A stretch of DNA of 64,000 bases from Eledone cirrhosa. Lineage: Eukaryota. The stretch is taken from the NCBI GenBank assembly GCA_964016885.1, contig OZ024762.1, forward strand, positions 62,001 to 126,000, in the 5' to 3' direction. Shown one piece after another: positions 59,660-64,000 of the stretch. Position numbers and translations under genes: made by a program. The notes under the pieces are model-generated. The model made no database searches. It saw only the letters and a program-made list of their open reading frames with translations, and was not told the DNA's origin. Numbering within the stretch: the stretch's first letter is position 1; every line of letters starts with the position of its first letter.

Positions 59660-59982
59660 CACTACTACTACCACTACTACTACTACTACTACTTCTCTCC
59701 ATCTTCTTCCTCTTCTATTGTTTCAGTTATTCTCTCCTTTGATCTTTCACTGACAACAAGTTCTGTGATAACTTTGTTGACTCATGAAAACCAACCAATA
59801 TCTTGAACCAATTCTTACATCCTGTCACCACTGCTGCTTTACCATATATATATATATATATAAGACACACACATATATATATATATATATATAATGGAAA
59901 CATTTGAACAGGAACAAAACAGAGAGGCAGTACAACGAATGTTTATTAATTTCACGCTCTGGAGAGTGGGGTGGTGGTGGGG

Positions 59983-60018
59983 AACGACGTTTCGGGCATA
60001 AGCCCTTCTTCAGGTGAG
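59983..60018 (-). ncRNA. Degenerate minimal hammerhead-like motif
   Basis: Minus strand ctcac-CTGAAGA-a-gggc/ttat/gccc-GAAA-cGTC-gtt; stem I only 2 bp. Confidence 0.45.
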
Positions 60019-60419
60019 AAGTGTGTGGGAACAGAGTTCAAAGGGTGTGTAGGGGAGTGGTGGAGAGACATATAACGAAAGGAAACGGTGCGAATGAAAT
60101 TAAAAATTAAAAATAAAAATAAAAATAAAAATAAAACATGATCAAAATGAAAGGAATGAAATAAAATAAATATAAAAGCATGATCAAAATAAACTTTGAA
60201 ATTAAAAAGGGGTAAAACGGGTGGTGGAAGGGTGTGGGGTGTGTAGGGGTGGTGGCAGGTGGAGTGGGGAGAGGGAGACGGGAAGACACACACATATATA
60301 TATATACACACATATATATATATATATACATACAAATATGTATATATATGACACACACATATATATATACACACATATATATATATTCATATATATGTGT
60401 GTATATATATAGAGATAGA

Positions 60420-60475
<56 letters not shown>

Positions 60476-60528
60476 CATACATATATACATACATATATAC
60501 ATTTATATGCATATATATAAACACACAC

Positions 60529-60585
<57 letters not shown>

Positions 60586-60772
60586 CATACACACAAACAT
60601 ATTTACATATAAACATATATATATATACATACATATATGCACACATATGTCCATATACCATTATACACGCGCACTTAGTAATCGCTTATGCATGTTTTAT
60701 ATTCATTGCTCTCAGTATAAAAGCCGTATATATATATATATATATATATCAAGGTGTATGTGTGTGTGTGCT

Positions 60773-60825
<53 letters not shown>

Positions 60826-60959
60826 TCACATTATACACACGTACATACATCATTGAACAAATGCATATATTAAACTTTGGATATGCATATTGTTTAGCGA
60901 TATCAGTATTAGATTCTCTGTGTATTGTTGTATATACCTACATTCACATATATATACAT

Positions 60960-61048
60960 ACATGTGTGTATATATATATATATATATACATACATATATA
61001 TATACATACGTCTATATACATATATACATACGTCTATATATATATATG

Positions 61049-61124
<76 letters not shown>

Positions 61125-61161
61125 CATATATATATATATACATATGTATATATATATATAC

Positions 61162-61194
<33 letters not shown>

Positions 61195-61205
61195 CATATA
61201 TATAC

Positions 61206-61256
<51 letters not shown>

Positions 61257-61489
61257 CATATATATACATATACATATATATACATATATATATATAGACA
61301 TATATATACATATATATATAGACATATATATACATATATATAGACATATATATACATATATATATATATATATACATATATATATAGACATATATATACA
61401 TATATATATAGACATATATATACATATATATAGACATATATATACATATATATATATATATATACATATATATATAGACATATATATAC

Positions 61490-61555
<66 letters not shown>

Positions 61556-61745
61556 ATATGTATATATATATATATACATATATATATATACATATATATA
61601 TATACATATATATATATACATATATATATATACATATATACATATATATATATACATATGTATATATATATATATATATACATATGTATATATATACATA
61701 TATATATATACATATATATATATACATATACATATATATATATAC

Positions 61746-61825
<80 letters not shown>

Positions 61826-61927
61826 GTAGATATATATATATACATATGTAGATATATATATACATATATATATATATACATATGTATATACATATATATA
61901 GACATATATATATACATATATATAGAC

Positions 61928-61960
<33 letters not shown>

Positions 61961-62106
61961 CATATATATAGACATATATACATATACATATATATAGACA
62001 TATATACATATACATATATATATATATATATACATATGTGTATATGTATATATATATATATGTGTGTGTATATATATATATATATATATGTGTGTGTATA
62101 TATATA

Positions 62107-62165
<59 letters not shown>

Positions 62166-62291
62166 GTGTATATATATATATATATATATGTGTGTGTATA
62201 TATATATATATATGTGTGTGTATATATATATATATATATATGTGTGTATATATATATATGTATATATATGTGTATATATATATATTAGATA

Positions 62292-62377
<86 letters not shown>

Positions 62378-62400
62378 CGTATATATATATATATATATAC
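60960..62400. repeat. Compound TA/TACA/TAGACA/TG microsatellite
   Basis: Read directly; source of the 601-aa pseudo-ORF. Confidence 0.99.
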
Positions 62401-62875
62401 TTACATATATACACACGTACATACATACACAGACACACAGACACATGCATGTATAATATATAATATAAAACCAAAGAAACTTGTAGAAATGTAAATATCT
62501 TTAAAATGCAAGAGGGGGAGAGAGGGGAAGAGAAGGAGAGTGTGTGTAAGGAACAGAGGGAGGGAGAGAGAGTGAGGGAGGGGAAGAGAGGGAGAGTGTA
62601 TGTGAGGAACAGAGAGAGAGAGAGAGAAAGGAAAGGTAAATGAAATCGAAACGAAAACAAAATGTTAGTTCGATCTGTCGAAACTTCCGTCTCATTAACT
62701 CTGATTGAATTCACACCAATGGCGTCTTTTTAGCTTTCACGTCTTCCTTTTGTCATATCCATATATCACATCTCACACTTTCTTCTATCTTATTCTCTCT
62801 TCTCCTCTCTTATTCCCTCTTATTTTCTTCTCTTCAGTAGGGAAAATCTTAATATGAGCACACACACTCACTCAC

Positions 62876-63450
<575 letters not shown>

Positions 63451-64000
63451 TTTACATACATACATACATACAATTGCCTTCCAAGTAATCTTATGTGGGA
63501 TTCCTTTCTTCTTTAATTAGCAGGCTCTCTTTGCCAAAGCCGTGCTGGTTCTCATATCAGAAATCCTGAAGGAATGAAGATGCAAGTAAAAACGCTGTTT
63601 AAAACAACGCCCAACATATTTTTTGCTAACTCGAGAATTCTCTCAGGTGTTGCGTGTAATCTCTGCCTCTTATACAATGGGATTTAATATTATATTACAT
63701 TTCTATTGGAGAGAGCAGTTCTCTTTAATCTTACTCGAGAGCAGCTTAGACTTTGGTAAGATTGGGGCTAGGGTTATATAGTGGCTTTTTTAATGTACAT
63801 TTCTATTAGAGAGGACAGTCCTCTTTAATCCTAGCTTTGATTTAGCTAGGGATGGAGCTAGGGTAGGGGCTAGTGTTACATGGTGGCTCTGTTAATGTAC
63901 ATGTTACCTAATTGATCTATCAGACTTGTGGTCAATTAATGTTAAATGGTAGCAGTTGATGTCATGTGCAATTCTGGCGTCTGATGCAATAACTAATTTA

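Overview
Eukaryotic, very AT-rich, microsatellite-saturated DNA. The (TA)n/(CA)n load and the tRNA-derived SINE and RTE-LINE fragments suggest a cephalopod (Octopus-like) genome; this is inferred from repeat content only. Almost every ORF in the supplied track is a translated microsatellite (YI/CV/TH runs) and is not coding. Two credible protein-coding ORFs are present: divergently oriented, paralogous ankyrin-repeat ORFs of about 300 aa (26096..27004 -, 43195..44106 +). They resemble only the N-terminal ankyrin domain of FEM-1-type CRL2 substrate receptors. The most notable hidden structure is a set of type I hammerhead ribozyme (HHR) motifs of about three families. One family occurs as self-inverted hairpins with stem covariation between copies, and another sits next to a Penelope-like RT fragment. 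The window also holds a Penelope-like GIY-YIG fragment, a 438-bp fold-back MITE, fold-back palindromes centred on (TA)n tracts, and many minisatellites. All calls were made by eye, without database searches.
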